Below the pieces are notes generated by a model. That model worked only from the letters and a program-made list of their open reading frames with translations, was not told where the DNA came from and ran no database searches. Shown one piece after another: positions 1 through 9,498 of a DNA stretch of 30,885 nucleotides. Numbering within the stretch: position 1 is the first letter of the stretch; every line of letters starts with the position of its first letter. The stretch spans positions 1-30,885 of IMG/VR virus record IMGVR_UViG_3300044724_001531. One strand, 5' to 3'. A program made the translations under genes and the position numbers. Source of the stretch: a virus (Duplodnaviria; Caudoviricetes).

Positions 1-498
1 AAGTATCCTGTCGTATCCAAAGATGGCGCTTGGGTTCAGGTTGTTCTTGAGGATGGTCAATACGCTGGCGCAGTGACGGCAGACCAGACAGCAGCAGCCA
101 TAAACACAGCGTACGCTTTAACGTACACTTCTAGCATTGCTGAAGGCGTAACAAACGGCACGCCTGCCTCGCGCATTGTCTTTGAGGAAGCGGGTCAATA
201 CATGATTAGCTTTTCCGCGCAGATTGCATCAACATCTAGCAGCACAGTCAACTTCTGGTTTTGGCCTCGCATAAACGGTACTGACGTTACGGGGTCAACG
301 ATGAAGAACGCGCTGCACCAAAACGGCTCTGTTTTAGTTGTGTCGCGCTCCGCGATCTTTGATGTGAGTGCTAACGATTATTTAGAAGCCATGTGGGCAG
401 TAGACAGCACAAGCGGGTTTTTAGATGCGACAGTGGCAACAGCGTTTGCGCCTGCTGCGCCTGCATCAACAATCGCAATAACGAGGTTACACGGATGA
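1..498 (+). CDS. Virion/tail-associated protein, 5'-truncated by the window edge
   Basis: Frame 1 is open from base 1 (KYPVVSKDGAWVQVVLEDGQYAGAVTADQ...) to TGA at 498; beta-rich sequence; lies directly upstream of the internal virion genes. Confidence 0.7.
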   Translation, partial: KYPVVSKDGAWVQVVLEDGQYAGAVTADQTAAAINTAYALTYTSSIAEGVTNGTPASRIVFEEAGQYMISFSAQIASTSSSTVNFWFWPRINGTDVTGSTMKNALHQNGSVLVVSRSAIFDVSANDYLEAMWAVDSTSGFLDATVATAFAPAAPASTIAITRLHG

Positions 499-872
499 AT
501 GCGCATACTCAGATAGATGAGCTTGCAAGATGCCGTCCTTGGATAGAGGCTGCGCTAGAATATTCTGGCGGCACGCATGACTTTATTGACGTGGCTGAAG
601 GTTTACATAAAGGAACCATGCAGTTGTGGCCTGCACCCAAGGGGTGTATCGTTACTGAAATTGTGGTATATCCGAAGAAAAAGCTGCTTAACGTCTTTTT
701 GGGCGGGGGCGAATTGGATCAGATTTTGGATATGCATGAAGATGTGATACAGTGGGCCAAAGCGCAAGGATGTGAAGCACTTACGATGACTGGTCGCTTT
801 GGCTGGAAAAAACCATTAGAGAAGCACGGCTGGAAAACCATGCATTCCTCTTACGTTAAGGAGTTTAAATAA
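495..872 (+). CDS. Conserved podovirus protein, GNAT acetyltransferase-like fold
   Basis: ATG 495 overlaps the upstream stop (ATGA), so it is preferred over the ORF-track start at 393; motifs LWP..GCIVTEIVVYP, FLGGG and WAKAQGC...TGRFGWKK are typical of the GNAT-like gene preceding ejection proteins. Confidence 0.7.
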   Translation: MNAHTQIDELARCRPWIEAALEYSGGTHDFIDVAEGLHKGTMQLWPAPKGCIVTEIVVYPKKKLLNVFLGGGELDQILDMHEDVIQWAKAQGCEALTMTGRFGWKKPLEKHGWKTMHSSYVKEFK

Positions 873-2716
873 TGGCAGGCGGTAAAGGCGGCTCAACAAC
901 GTCAAGCGTTCAAGTCCCTGAATATATTGAAGAAGCAGCAAAGCGCAATCTGGCGCGTGCAGATGTCATCAGTCAAATTGGGTATGTGCCTTATTACGGC
1001 CCAGACGTTGCAGCATTTACGCCAACACAAGAGGCTGCGTTTCAAAACGTAGCAGGTCAGGCAGGCGCTTTCGGTTTGGCAACTCCTGCGGGTGGAGCAA
1101 TGGCAGGCATGCCAGCCCCGCAAGAGTTTGCTGGCGGCATTCGGGGGTATTCATCTGCGCCACTATATGACCAAGCACTTGGTGAGCTTACTGCAAGACG
1201 CCCAGCGCAGGTTAATCTCATGGAGAGCTTGTTCATTGACCCAGTTACAGGTCAGGTGGGCGCTAATGTTGCAGCTCCGATTGATTACTCTCAACTTGGC
1301 ACTGTTGCAGACATACGCGAGGCAGATCGTCAGCGTGATTTAGCTGTCGCTGAGATGAACATGCAGGGATCGGCCTTATCTGCGCCTGAGTACAATACAT
1401 ATGTTAATACTATTCAGGAAGCGATTGGCGATCCGACTTATAATCCTGCAACTGATGTTTTAACGCAATCTCAGATTGACGCAATCAATCAGGATCAAGA
1501 CGCGCAGCTTGCACAAGACGCAATCTACATGAACCAGCTAGGCAATGCGAATGCTACTATTGGCGATGCGCTTACAACCCTAACAGGTGGTGAGCCATCC
1601 TTTGATGACCCAAGTGGCGCTGGCAGTTATGGCGGCTCTCTTGTGACAGGTGAGTTAAGCACTGACTTACTGGGCATTCCTGGGCTTGTCGGTGAAGTTG
1701 CCGACAATATTTATCAGAAAGTTGATTTTGAAGGTGCAGTAGAAAAGCAAGGTGAGAACTTTGCAGAGGCGGCAGGTTCAACTCTACAAGATGATGGCAC
1801 ATACGACATCAGCAACTGGTTTACTGATACGTCAGCTACGCCAACAAATGCTGACCTTGCAGCAAAGACTGAAACTTTCTCTCAGATGGGAGATGATCTA
1901 ACGCCACCACCACCAACGTATGATGGATCATCTGAGAAAAATGCAGCGGTTGCTGCGATCCTTAAAGATACATATGGCTGGTCAGATGAGCAGCTAACGT
2001 CAGGCGGTTATGAGGGCTACGCTGAAAATGCGGAGGGTGTCGGTACGCCAACCCCAGCCCCAGCGCCCGCTCCAGAGCCTGCTCCATCTGACACAAGTTT
2101 CACACCTACGTTTGAGGCAGGTGTTGCTGCGGCAGACGACGATCCGTTTGGGGTTCAACTACCAACGCAGCAGCAGCAAGACTTTGCGTCTACTGTTCTT
2201 GCCGCCGATGACCTTTCCGCATTTACAGCACCAGTGGTTGACACGGGCAATGATAATGACAACTTTGTCCCCACAACCAGCTCTGGAGCAACAGTCATAC
2301 CGACAGGCACAACAATCGCTACTGGCACAGTCCTCAACAAGGCAGATGATCCAGTAGTTGAGGTGGATGGAAAACTTTATAACCAGAGCAACGCACCTGC
2401 GCCATCGGGCGGTGGCTGCGTAGTCGCAACACACGCAGTCAGCTCTGGCGCATTCACGCCAAGCATGAAGCGCGAAGCAGTCGTCTGGTGTATGAACGTT
2501 CTGCACGACAAGTGGTGGGGCGAAGCAATCCGCAGAGGCTATCGTCACTTAGGTCGCAAAAAGATTGAGCAAGGCAAAGCGCACGAACATTACCAAGAGT
2601 TCCGCGATTACATTGCCTTTGCAAATGGTAAGAAGCGCACACTTAAAGGCGCAATCAACTTCACACTCCGCACTGCGCAGTTCTTTGCAGTCGGTTTAAT
2701 CAAAAAGGAAGCGTAA
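872..2716 (+). CDS. Internal virion (ejection) protein with acidic low-complexity middle and Cys-initiated C-terminal domain
   Basis: TAATG coupling; N-terminus MAGGKGGSTTSSVQVPEY typical of podovirus DNA-transfer proteins; PAPAP linker; C-terminal GGGCVVATH... domain (2417-2716). Confidence 0.7.
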   Translation: MAGGKGGSTTSSVQVPEYIEEAAKRNLARADVISQIGYVPYYGPDVAAFTPTQEAAFQNVAGQAGAFGLATPAGGAMAGMPAPQEFAGGIRGYSSAPLYDQALGELTARRPAQVNLMESLFIDPVTGQVGANVAAPIDYSQLGTVADIREADRQRDLAVAEMNMQGSALSAPEYNTYVNTIQEAIGDPTYNPATDVLTQSQIDAINQDQDAQLAQDAIYMNQLGNANATIGDALTTLTGGEPSFDDPSGAGSYGGSLVTGELSTDLLGIPGLVGEVADNIYQKVDFEGAVEKQGENFAEAAGSTLQDDGTYDISNWFTDTSATPTNADLAAKTETFSQMGDDLTPPPPTYDGSSEKNAAVAAILKDTYGWSDEQLTSGGYEGYAENAEGVGTPTPAPAPAPEPAPSDTSFTPTFEAGVAAADDDPFGVQLPTQQQQDFASTVLAADDLSAFTAPVVDTGNDNDNFVPTTSSGATVIPTGTTIATGTVLNKADDPVVEVDGKLYNQSNAPAPSGGGCVVATHAVSSGAFTPSMKREAVVWCMNVLHDKWWGEAIRRGYRHLGRKKIEQGKAHEHYQEFRDYIAFANGKKRTLKGAINFTLRTAQFFAVGLIKKEA

Positions 2717-2717
2717 C

Positions 2718-3650
2718 ATGGGCGCAGCAGCACCAGCACCAACAGTAGCGGCGCAACCAAATGCGCAGCAAGATGCAACATACCAACCTGCCGCAATGGC
2801 ACCGCAAGCGGGGTTTAACGTAAATCAAGCAGCGGCTGGCGCATTGCAGGGAGCAATTGGCGGGACACAGCAAGCGATGAATGCGCCCTTGCAAGTCGGC
2901 GCTTACTTTAATCCATACCAGCAAGAGGTCATTGACCGCACGCAGCAAGACATTGAGCGTCAACGTCAGATGGCTATGAATACGCTAGGCGCACAGGCAA
3001 CAGCAGCGCGTGCGTTTGGCGGTTCTCGTCAGGGCGTAGCTGAAGGCGTGCTTGCAGGCGAATACGGACGCATGGCAGGCGACATTGCAGCGCAACAACG
3101 TCAGATGGGCTATACCCAAGCAATGGACGCAGCAATGCGTGATCGCGCTGCACGCGCAGGTTACGCAGGTCAACTTGGTGGCTTAGGTCGGCAAGCGTTC
3201 CAGACAGGTCAAGCAATTACTCAAGCGCAAGAGCGTCAAGGCCTAATGCAGCAGGCATTGCAGCAGTCGTTAATTGACGCAGCGCGTCAGCAATACGCAG
3301 GATATACAGGTGCGCCACAGGCATCACTTACTGCGCCACTGGCAGCGCTTGGGGTTGTTCCTAATCAATCGACAACAACGGAAACATCGCAGCCTGGCTT
3401 ATTTAGTTACTTACAAGCCGCGACGATGCTGCCAACGCTGTGTTGGGTAGCGCGTGAAGTTTACGGCGAAGACGATCCTCGCTGGATGGAGTTCCGCGAT
3501 TGGGTTGTGGGCCATTCACCTGATTGGTTCTTTAATGCATACGATAAGTACGGCGCTCAATTTGCAAAAGTTGTTCGTAAGGTTCCTGCATTGAAATACG
3601 TCATACGTCCTTTCATGGATGCAAAACGCAAGGCAATTGGGTATAAGTAA
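2718..3650 (+). CDS. Internal virion / DNA transfer (ejection) protein with C-terminal CWVAREVYG domain
   Basis: SD AAGGA upstream; Q/A/G-rich helical protein with YFNPYQQEVID and AFGGSRQGVAEG motifs characteristic of podovirus ejection proteins. Confidence 0.75.
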   Translation: MGAAAPAPTVAAQPNAQQDATYQPAAMAPQAGFNVNQAAAGALQGAIGGTQQAMNAPLQVGAYFNPYQQEVIDRTQQDIERQRQMAMNTLGAQATAARAFGGSRQGVAEGVLAGEYGRMAGDIAAQQRQMGYTQAMDAAMRDRAARAGYAGQLGGLGRQAFQTGQAITQAQERQGLMQQALQQSLIDAARQQYAGYTGAPQASLTAPLAALGVVPNQSTTTETSQPGLFSYLQAATMLPTLCWVAREVYGEDDPRWMEFRDWVVGHSPDWFFNAYDKYGAQFAKVVRKVPALKYVIRPFMDAKRKAIGYK

Positions 3651-3658
3651 GGCAAAGC

Positions 3659-5206
3659 ATGGCGGTGAATTACAACATACCTTTCCAAACGCAGCTTGAT
3701 TACATGATGCAAGAGCTGCGTGGGCCTGAGGGCGCGACAATGGACGCTTTCAAGTCTGCTGGTGCGATCACACCGCAAGACTATGCTGAGCTGTTTGAAC
3801 AAAAGTATGAACGCGCTGGCGGTCATGGCTTAGATCGGCGTAAGCAGTATGCGCTTGAGGTTTTCAAAGGCATGAACCAAGAGGTTCCAGATTTGCCTCA
3901 AAATGTCATAAAGGCTTATAAATACTTCACAGGCCAAGGTTTCACGCCTGCACAAGCGTCAGGGATTGTCGGCAACTTAATGACCGAAAGTTATGCGCAC
4001 TTAGACCCAAATGCATACAACCCTGCTGGCGGCGGCATGGGTGCATACGGCATTGCGCAGTTTCGTGGATCAAGACTAAAAGGGCTGCTAGATTTTGCTG
4101 GACAGCAAGGAGGTACGAGCATGGATGGAACAAACACAGCAGCGCAGAAAGCAGCGGCAGCAGCAAATCAGGCGCAGCCGCAAGGCAGAATGAGTAGAAT
4201 TAAAGGCTTGTTAGATTTTGCATCCGAGCGCAATCCAGAAACAGGATTATCTCGTTTTGAGCAGTTTGCGGCAGCACTTGATCCACTTATTATGCCAGAA
4301 ATGCGTGCAGGTGAAGCGATCCAGCAGCGTGGCGCACAGCGCGTTCAAAGCGCTCGTGTCAACAAAACAATTCAGTGGCTGAAAAAGAATGGCTATCCAG
4401 ATATTGCTGCGGCAGTAGAAGCCAATCCTAAATCGGCTGCGAATGTGATGAGCGCTGTTTTGGCGCAAAGAAGCAAAGGCTCTCAAGTTGGCGATACAAG
4501 TATGATTATGACTGGCGCTGAAGTTATGAAATTAGTTCCAGGCGTCAAACTTAATCCAAATGCGCCATACACTGTTAAGCGTAAAGGTGGGCAAATTGTT
4601 GATATTGACGCCGTAGGCGGCATGCAACCTGAGTTGACGCCATTTGCAGAAGAGGCACAAAAGGGCGATGTTAAGGACTTGCGTGAAATACGCAATGTTG
4701 GACGCGCGGCAGATCGGAACATGGCACAAGTTGAGCGCCTTGGCAGCTTGCTTGACCAGACAGATACTGGGATTATGGCTGGACTGGCATCACGAGCCAA
4801 TGCACTTGGCTTGGGCGACTTCAGAGGAGACGCTGCGGCAGCGGCTGAAGCGATTATTAGTCAGCTTGTTCCAGCGCAAAGACCTCCAGGTTCAGGCACA
4901 ATCTCTGACGCAGACTTGGCTCTTTATAAGGCATCACTGCCAAGTATTGCCGCGCGCCCTGGCGGCAACAAATTGATTATTGAAAGTATGATTGCGCTTC
5001 TTGAGCATGACCGAAAAGTTGGTGAGATTGCCCAGAAAGCGCTTGACCAAACAATAACTCCATCAGAAGCCTACAGTCAAATGTCTGCTCTGCCAAATCC
5101 TTTTGCTAATGTGAGAACTTTCTTTAACTCAGCTCCAACAGAAACAGCTCCACTTGATCGTGGAGGCGCAATGGACATTCTGAAGCAAGAGGGAGTAATT
5201 GACTGA
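3659..5206 (+). CDS. Internal virion protein with N-terminal, circularly permuted phage tail lysozyme domain
   Basis: Motifs GFTPAQASGIVGNLMTES, GAYGIAQF, QTQLDYMMQEL and FEQKYER match the Phage_lysozyme2 (phi29 gp13-like) family but occur in permuted order; C-terminal GSGTISDAD motif typical of ejection proteins. Confidence 0.75.
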   Translation: MAVNYNIPFQTQLDYMMQELRGPEGATMDAFKSAGAITPQDYAELFEQKYERAGGHGLDRRKQYALEVFKGMNQEVPDLPQNVIKAYKYFTGQGFTPAQASGIVGNLMTESYAHLDPNAYNPAGGGMGAYGIAQFRGSRLKGLLDFAGQQGGTSMDGTNTAAQKAAAAANQAQPQGRMSRIKGLLDFASERNPETGLSRFEQFAAALDPLIMPEMRAGEAIQQRGAQRVQSARVNKTIQWLKKNGYPDIAAAVEANPKSAANVMSAVLAQRSKGSQVGDTSMIMTGAEVMKLVPGVKLNPNAPYTVKRKGGQIVDIDAVGGMQPELTPFAEEAQKGDVKDLREIRNVGRAADRNMAQVERLGSLLDQTDTGIMAGLASRANALGLGDFRGDAAAAAEAIISQLVPAQRPPGSGTISDADLALYKASLPSIAARPGGNKLIIESMIALLEHDRKVGEIAQKALDQTITPSEAYSQMSALPNPFANVRTFFNSAPTETAPLDRGGAMDILKQEGVID

Positions 5207-7170
5207 TGGCAAATGAGACAACATACGCAGAGGCGTCACGAGTTTTAGAAGCCATCAAGGTTCTTGAAGAGTTAGAGCGCAACGGCACCATTTCTGATGC
5301 AGAACAGAAAGCCCTAAATCGCGCCAGAGCAAGCCGAAAGACAGCCGAGCAAGCAAGATTAGAAACTGCCGCTACATATGGCGGGTTTCGTTCTGGTGTG
5401 ACTATGAACCTATATGACGAAGCTCGTGGCGCGTACAATGCTGCAAACGAGCTTCTGCGGTCAGGAGATGTTGAGGCAGCGCGTGCAAAATACGCGGAAT
5501 ATCGGGACTTACAGCGTCGTATTGACGAGGCTTTGCAAGTTGCAGCGCCTGAGCAGTACGCAAAAGGTGAACTGTCTGGCGGCGTAGCAGGCGCAGTCTT
5601 GCCTGCTGGCGGTGTGGCCAAACTCACCCAAGGAATGGGAACAGTTGGCAGAATGGCAACTAGCGCAGGCACAGGCGCAGCAGTTGCATCGTTACCTGAA
5701 TTTGGTAGGGGCGAAGGCGGCTTTGTCCCTCGTGTTACAAATGTCCCACCATCTGCACCAATTATTGGCGGCTTGGCAGGTGCAGTTGCCCCAGTTGCTG
5801 GGCAGATTGCAGGCGGTGTAACTCGCGGTGTTCAAGACATTATTCGTGGTGGGCAACAGGGCTTTAGCGGGGCAGCCTTGCGCCGTATGGGTCGCGCAGT
5901 TCAGCGCCCACAGGTTGCTGGGCAAGATATTCAGCAATATCTACAGTCTCTCGGCCCAGAGGGCATGATTGCCGACATCCCAGGGTCGCCTCGCAGTGTG
6001 GCTCAAGGCTTGGCAACAATGCAGGGCGAAGGCGCAGACGTTTTAGGGCGTCGCATTGAGGAGCGTGCTGGCGGTGCTGGTGAGCGCGTAACAGAAACAA
6101 TCACTGAAGCAATGGGGCCAGAAGAGGCTGCATATGCTGCTCGACAAGCAGAGGCTGCTCGTAAATCCTCAGAGCTTGGCCCAATGTATGATGCCGCACT
6201 AGCGTCAGAAGAAAAGTTTGATGTAAGTGCGTTGCGTTCTGGCATCGTAATGATGGCAGATGAGGCAGCTAGCAACGTCAAAAGTTCACTAAACACAGTT
6301 TTGCGCAACTTAGGCCAAGAAGGCGAAATTTCAGCAACGAAGTTGCATAACGCTCGAAGCGCGTTGTCGGATGCAATTACATCTGCAAAAATAGCTGGGC
6401 AGTCTAACAAAGTGCGCCAACTAATGCCACTGATAGATGACATGGATCGTCGTCTGGACACAATACCTAACTACTCAAAAGCTCGTGCAGGCTACGCAGA
6501 AAGCTCATCAATTCAGCGTGCATTGGACGAAGGTCGAAAAACTTTCTCTGGTGGGGCAACGTCTGCAATGTCACCGCAAGACCTATCAGACATGCTGAAG
6601 AAAATGAAGCCAGTTGAGGTTGACGCTTACAAGAAGGGCGCTCGTGAGTATCTGGCAGCTCTGATGGGTACATCCCGCAGTGACGCTGCGTCAGCTTGGC
6701 AGCAGTTTGATAAGGCATGGAACCGCGAAAAGTTAGAGCTTTTGCTTGGTAAGCCTGACGCCGACGCAGTTATTCAGCGTTTGTTTGCGGAAAAAGAATT
6801 TTCTGGAACACGCAGCGATGTTCTGAAAGGTTCGCAGACAGCATTCCGCGAGGAGGCTCGTGAAAGTCTAGCAGACATTCGTGAGCCTGATAGCATGCAG
6901 GCTCCCTCACCGTTACGCAGAGCTTACCAAGGCATTATTAATGAGCCTGTCAATCGCATGATTAACGAAGTTCTATATGGCTCTCGTCGCTCAAACCTTA
7001 ACAGAGAGATTGGCGAATTGCTTACAATGCAAGGCGCAGAGCGTGACAAAATTGTGCCGATATTGTTAAATGAAGCCAAGCGACTACAAGACCCGACAAG
7101 AGCGCAGCAGATCGTGGATGCGCTTACAACAGCAGGCGTAATGACATACGGCGCAACTCGCGGAGAATAG
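5206..7170 (+). CDS. Large internal virion (ejection) protein
   Basis: TGATG coupling, SD GGGAG; 654 aa, Gly/Ala-rich hydrophobic segments followed by a helical region; last gene of the ejection cluster. Confidence 0.7.
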   Translation: MANETTYAEASRVLEAIKVLEELERNGTISDAEQKALNRARASRKTAEQARLETAATYGGFRSGVTMNLYDEARGAYNAANELLRSGDVEAARAKYAEYRDLQRRIDEALQVAAPEQYAKGELSGGVAGAVLPAGGVAKLTQGMGTVGRMATSAGTGAAVASLPEFGRGEGGFVPRVTNVPPSAPIIGGLAGAVAPVAGQIAGGVTRGVQDIIRGGQQGFSGAALRRMGRAVQRPQVAGQDIQQYLQSLGPEGMIADIPGSPRSVAQGLATMQGEGADVLGRRIEERAGGAGERVTETITEAMGPEEAAYAARQAEAARKSSELGPMYDAALASEEKFDVSALRSGIVMMADEAASNVKSSLNTVLRNLGQEGEISATKLHNARSALSDAITSAKIAGQSNKVRQLMPLIDDMDRRLDTIPNYSKARAGYAESSSIQRALDEGRKTFSGGATSAMSPQDLSDMLKKMKPVEVDAYKKGAREYLAALMGTSRSDAASAWQQFDKAWNREKLELLLGKPDADAVIQRLFAEKEFSGTRSDVLKGSQTAFREEARESLADIREPDSMQAPSPLRRAYQGIINEPVNRMINEVLYGSRRSNLNREIGELLTMQGAERDKIVPILLNEAKRLQDPTRAQQIVDALTTAGVMTYGATRGE

Positions 7171-7171
7171 A

Positions 7172-9247
7172 ATGGAACCTAAAGCAAAAAGTTTCACAGA
7201 AGTTGAAGGGATCGTTCAAGACGCGATTGCGCAGGCTGTTGATTTTGTGGAAAGCGAGATCACACATGACCGCATCAAAGCCCAGCGCTACTTTGACGGT
7301 CAGGTTGATATTGGCTACGAAGACGGACGGTCTAGCGTCGTAGCAACAAAGGTTCGCGATACAGTACGCGCAGTCAAACCCAGCTTGATGCGCGTATTCA
7401 TGTCAACTGCTCGGCCTGTTGAGTTCATCCCCAAAGGCCCAGAGGATGTGGCTTTTGCCGAGCAGGCGACAGACTATATGCACTATGTGTTCAATCAGAA
7501 TGACGGCTTTCGCGTTCTAAACGATGCATTTCATGACGCTCTGGTCAAAAAGCAAGGGATCGTGAAAGTCTATTGGGACACTCGATACCGCACAGAAACT
7601 TACAGCTACACAGACCTAACGCAAGAAGAGCGTGATTACATCCTGTCTGATATGGGCATCTCAGTCATTGAAGAAACAATGACCATGACAGTTGAGATGG
7701 ATCAGATGGGCATGGAAGTTGAGCTGCCAAGCTACTCGCTAAAAGTCAGCCGATCCATTCCAGAGGGCAAGCTGCGCATTGAGAGCGTGCCGCCAGAGGA
7801 GTTTTTCGTAAACTCACAGGCTCGGACGCTAGAAGATGCTTACGTTGTCTGTCACCGCTCTGAGGTTCGTGTAGGTGAGCTTGTAGAGATGGGCTACCCA
7901 TTTGAGGAAGTCTATGACCTAGACAGCCTGTACGGCGCGTCAGACATATCTGAGGCAGAAGACATTGAACGTCGTGGCTACTCTCAAGACGACTACGAGG
8001 ATCAGTCAGGCGATCCAGCAATGCGCAACGTGGCAATTACTGAAGCCTATATGCGTTTGGACGTAGAAGGCACAGGCGTTCCAGTTCTGCACCGCTTTAT
8101 CTGCGGTGGATCAAACTACAAGATGCTAGACTTTGAGCGTGTAGACGAAGTGCCGTTTGCTGTCTTTGAGGTCGATCCAGAGCCGCACACAATGTATGGC
8201 CGCTCACTTGCTGAGTTGATTATGGATGACCAAGATGCATCCACAGCCATCATTCGTGGCATCCTTGATAACGTAGCCATGACAAACAACCCACGCATTG
8301 GGATCGTCGACGGCGCTGTCAATATTGACGATGTACTTAACAACGAAATTGGAGCCGTTGTGCGTATGCGTCAGGCTGGGGCAGTTCAAGACCTAGCAGT
8401 GCCATTCACAGCAGGGCAGACGCTGAGCGCATTGCAGTACATGGATGGCTTGGTTGAGCAGAAAACAGGCGTGTCACAGAATGTCGCACTAAATCCAGAT
8501 GCCATGCAGTCAACCACTGCGGCAGGTGTGCAAGCAACAGTTGATGCGGCTGCTGCGCAGGTTGAGGTTATGGTTCGCAATCTGTCAGAGGGCATGCGTC
8601 GTATGTTCGGCCTACTACTGCGTCTGCATGTTAAGCACACAGACGAAGAGCAACTGATGCGCATGAATGGACAGTTCGTGCCTGTTGATCCGCGTGTCTG
8701 GAACGCAGACATGGATGTGCAGGTGAATGTTGGCTTAGGCACTGGCAGAGAGCAAGAAAAAGCTGCCGCGCTGCAAGGCGTCTTGCAAATCCAGCAACAA
8801 GTATATCAGAACTACGGCCCAATGAATGGGTTGGTTTCGCTGACAAACATTCGTAACACTCTGGCAGACGTTCTAGCCGCATCAGGTGTCCGTAATGCAG
8901 AACGCTACTTTGCACCGATCACACCTGAGATTGAACAGCAGATGTTGATGTTGCAGCAGCAACAGCAGGCGCAGATGGCACAGGGTCAGCCTGATCCGAA
9001 TGCAGCATTCTTGCAAGCTGAGCAAATCAAGGCGCAAGCTAAGATGCAGTCTGATGCAATGAAAATGCAGTTGGATGCTCAGAAAGCTGCGGCAGAAGAT
9101 GACCGCAAGCGTGACCAAATGGCCCAAGACCTTTTGGTTGATGCGGCTAAAATTTATGGTCAGTATGGCACAAACGTAGATGTTGCGCGGATCAAAGCCG
9201 AGCAAGACAAAGTGCGCCAAGTTGCAAACATTGCTAGAGGTCGGTGA
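7172..9247 (+). CDS. Portal protein (P22-like podovirus)
   Basis: 691 aa; motifs RSSVVATKVRDTV, DALVKKQGIVKVYWD, IESVPPEEF, PEPHTMYGRS and VNVGLGTG; Q-rich C-terminal barrel; precedes scaffold and capsid. Confidence 0.92.
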   Translation: MEPKAKSFTEVEGIVQDAIAQAVDFVESEITHDRIKAQRYFDGQVDIGYEDGRSSVVATKVRDTVRAVKPSLMRVFMSTARPVEFIPKGPEDVAFAEQATDYMHYVFNQNDGFRVLNDAFHDALVKKQGIVKVYWDTRYRTETYSYTDLTQEERDYILSDMGISVIEETMTMTVEMDQMGMEVELPSYSLKVSRSIPEGKLRIESVPPEEFFVNSQARTLEDAYVVCHRSEVRVGELVEMGYPFEEVYDLDSLYGASDISEAEDIERRGYSQDDYEDQSGDPAMRNVAITEAYMRLDVEGTGVPVLHRFICGGSNYKMLDFERVDEVPFAVFEVDPEPHTMYGRSLAELIMDDQDASTAIIRGILDNVAMTNNPRIGIVDGAVNIDDVLNNEIGAVVRMRQAGAVQDLAVPFTAGQTLSALQYMDGLVEQKTGVSQNVALNPDAMQSTTAAGVQATVDAAAAQVEVMVRNLSEGMRRMFGLLLRLHVKHTDEEQLMRMNGQFVPVDPRVWNADMDVQVNVGLGTGREQEKAAALQGVLQIQQQVYQNYGPMNGLVSLTNIRNTLADVLAASGVRNAERYFAPITPEIEQQMLMLQQQQQAQMAQGQPDPNAAFLQAEQIKAQAKMQSDAMKMQLDAQKAAAEDDRKRDQMAQDLLVDAAKIYGQYGTNVDVARIKAEQDKVRQVANIARGR

Positions 9248-9486
9248 GCGTGAGTACAGACATACGCATAAAGGCTGATGAGGCCAAAAGATTAAAGAAC
9301 GACACTGCTTTCGGGCAGTTCGTTCAAGAGGTTCGTGAAAGCCAGATGATGGTTTTTGCAAACAGCGCAGCTCACGAAGTTGAGCGGCGTGAAGAGGCGC
9401 ATGCAATCATTCGTGCGCTTAACTTGATCGAAGTGAACCTTGACGCCGCGATTGCGGCAGAGACACTTTTAGATCGTAAAAAATAA
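9244..9486 (+). CDS. Small conserved head-module protein
   Basis: GTGA overlap with the portal stop (alternative GTG at 9250); helical 80-aa ORF between portal and scaffold. Confidence 0.7.
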   Translation: MSVSTDIRIKADEAKRLKNDTAFGQFVQEVRESQMMVFANSAAHEVERREEAHAIIRALNLIEVNLDAAIAAETLLDRKK

Positions 9487-9498
9487 GGAAGTAGCACC

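Noticed and set aside
2417-2716. C-terminal domain considered as a canonical intein/Hint domain
   Set aside because: It starts with Cys but lacks the TxxH block and terminal HN motif and looks helical; kept as a distinct candidate domain instead
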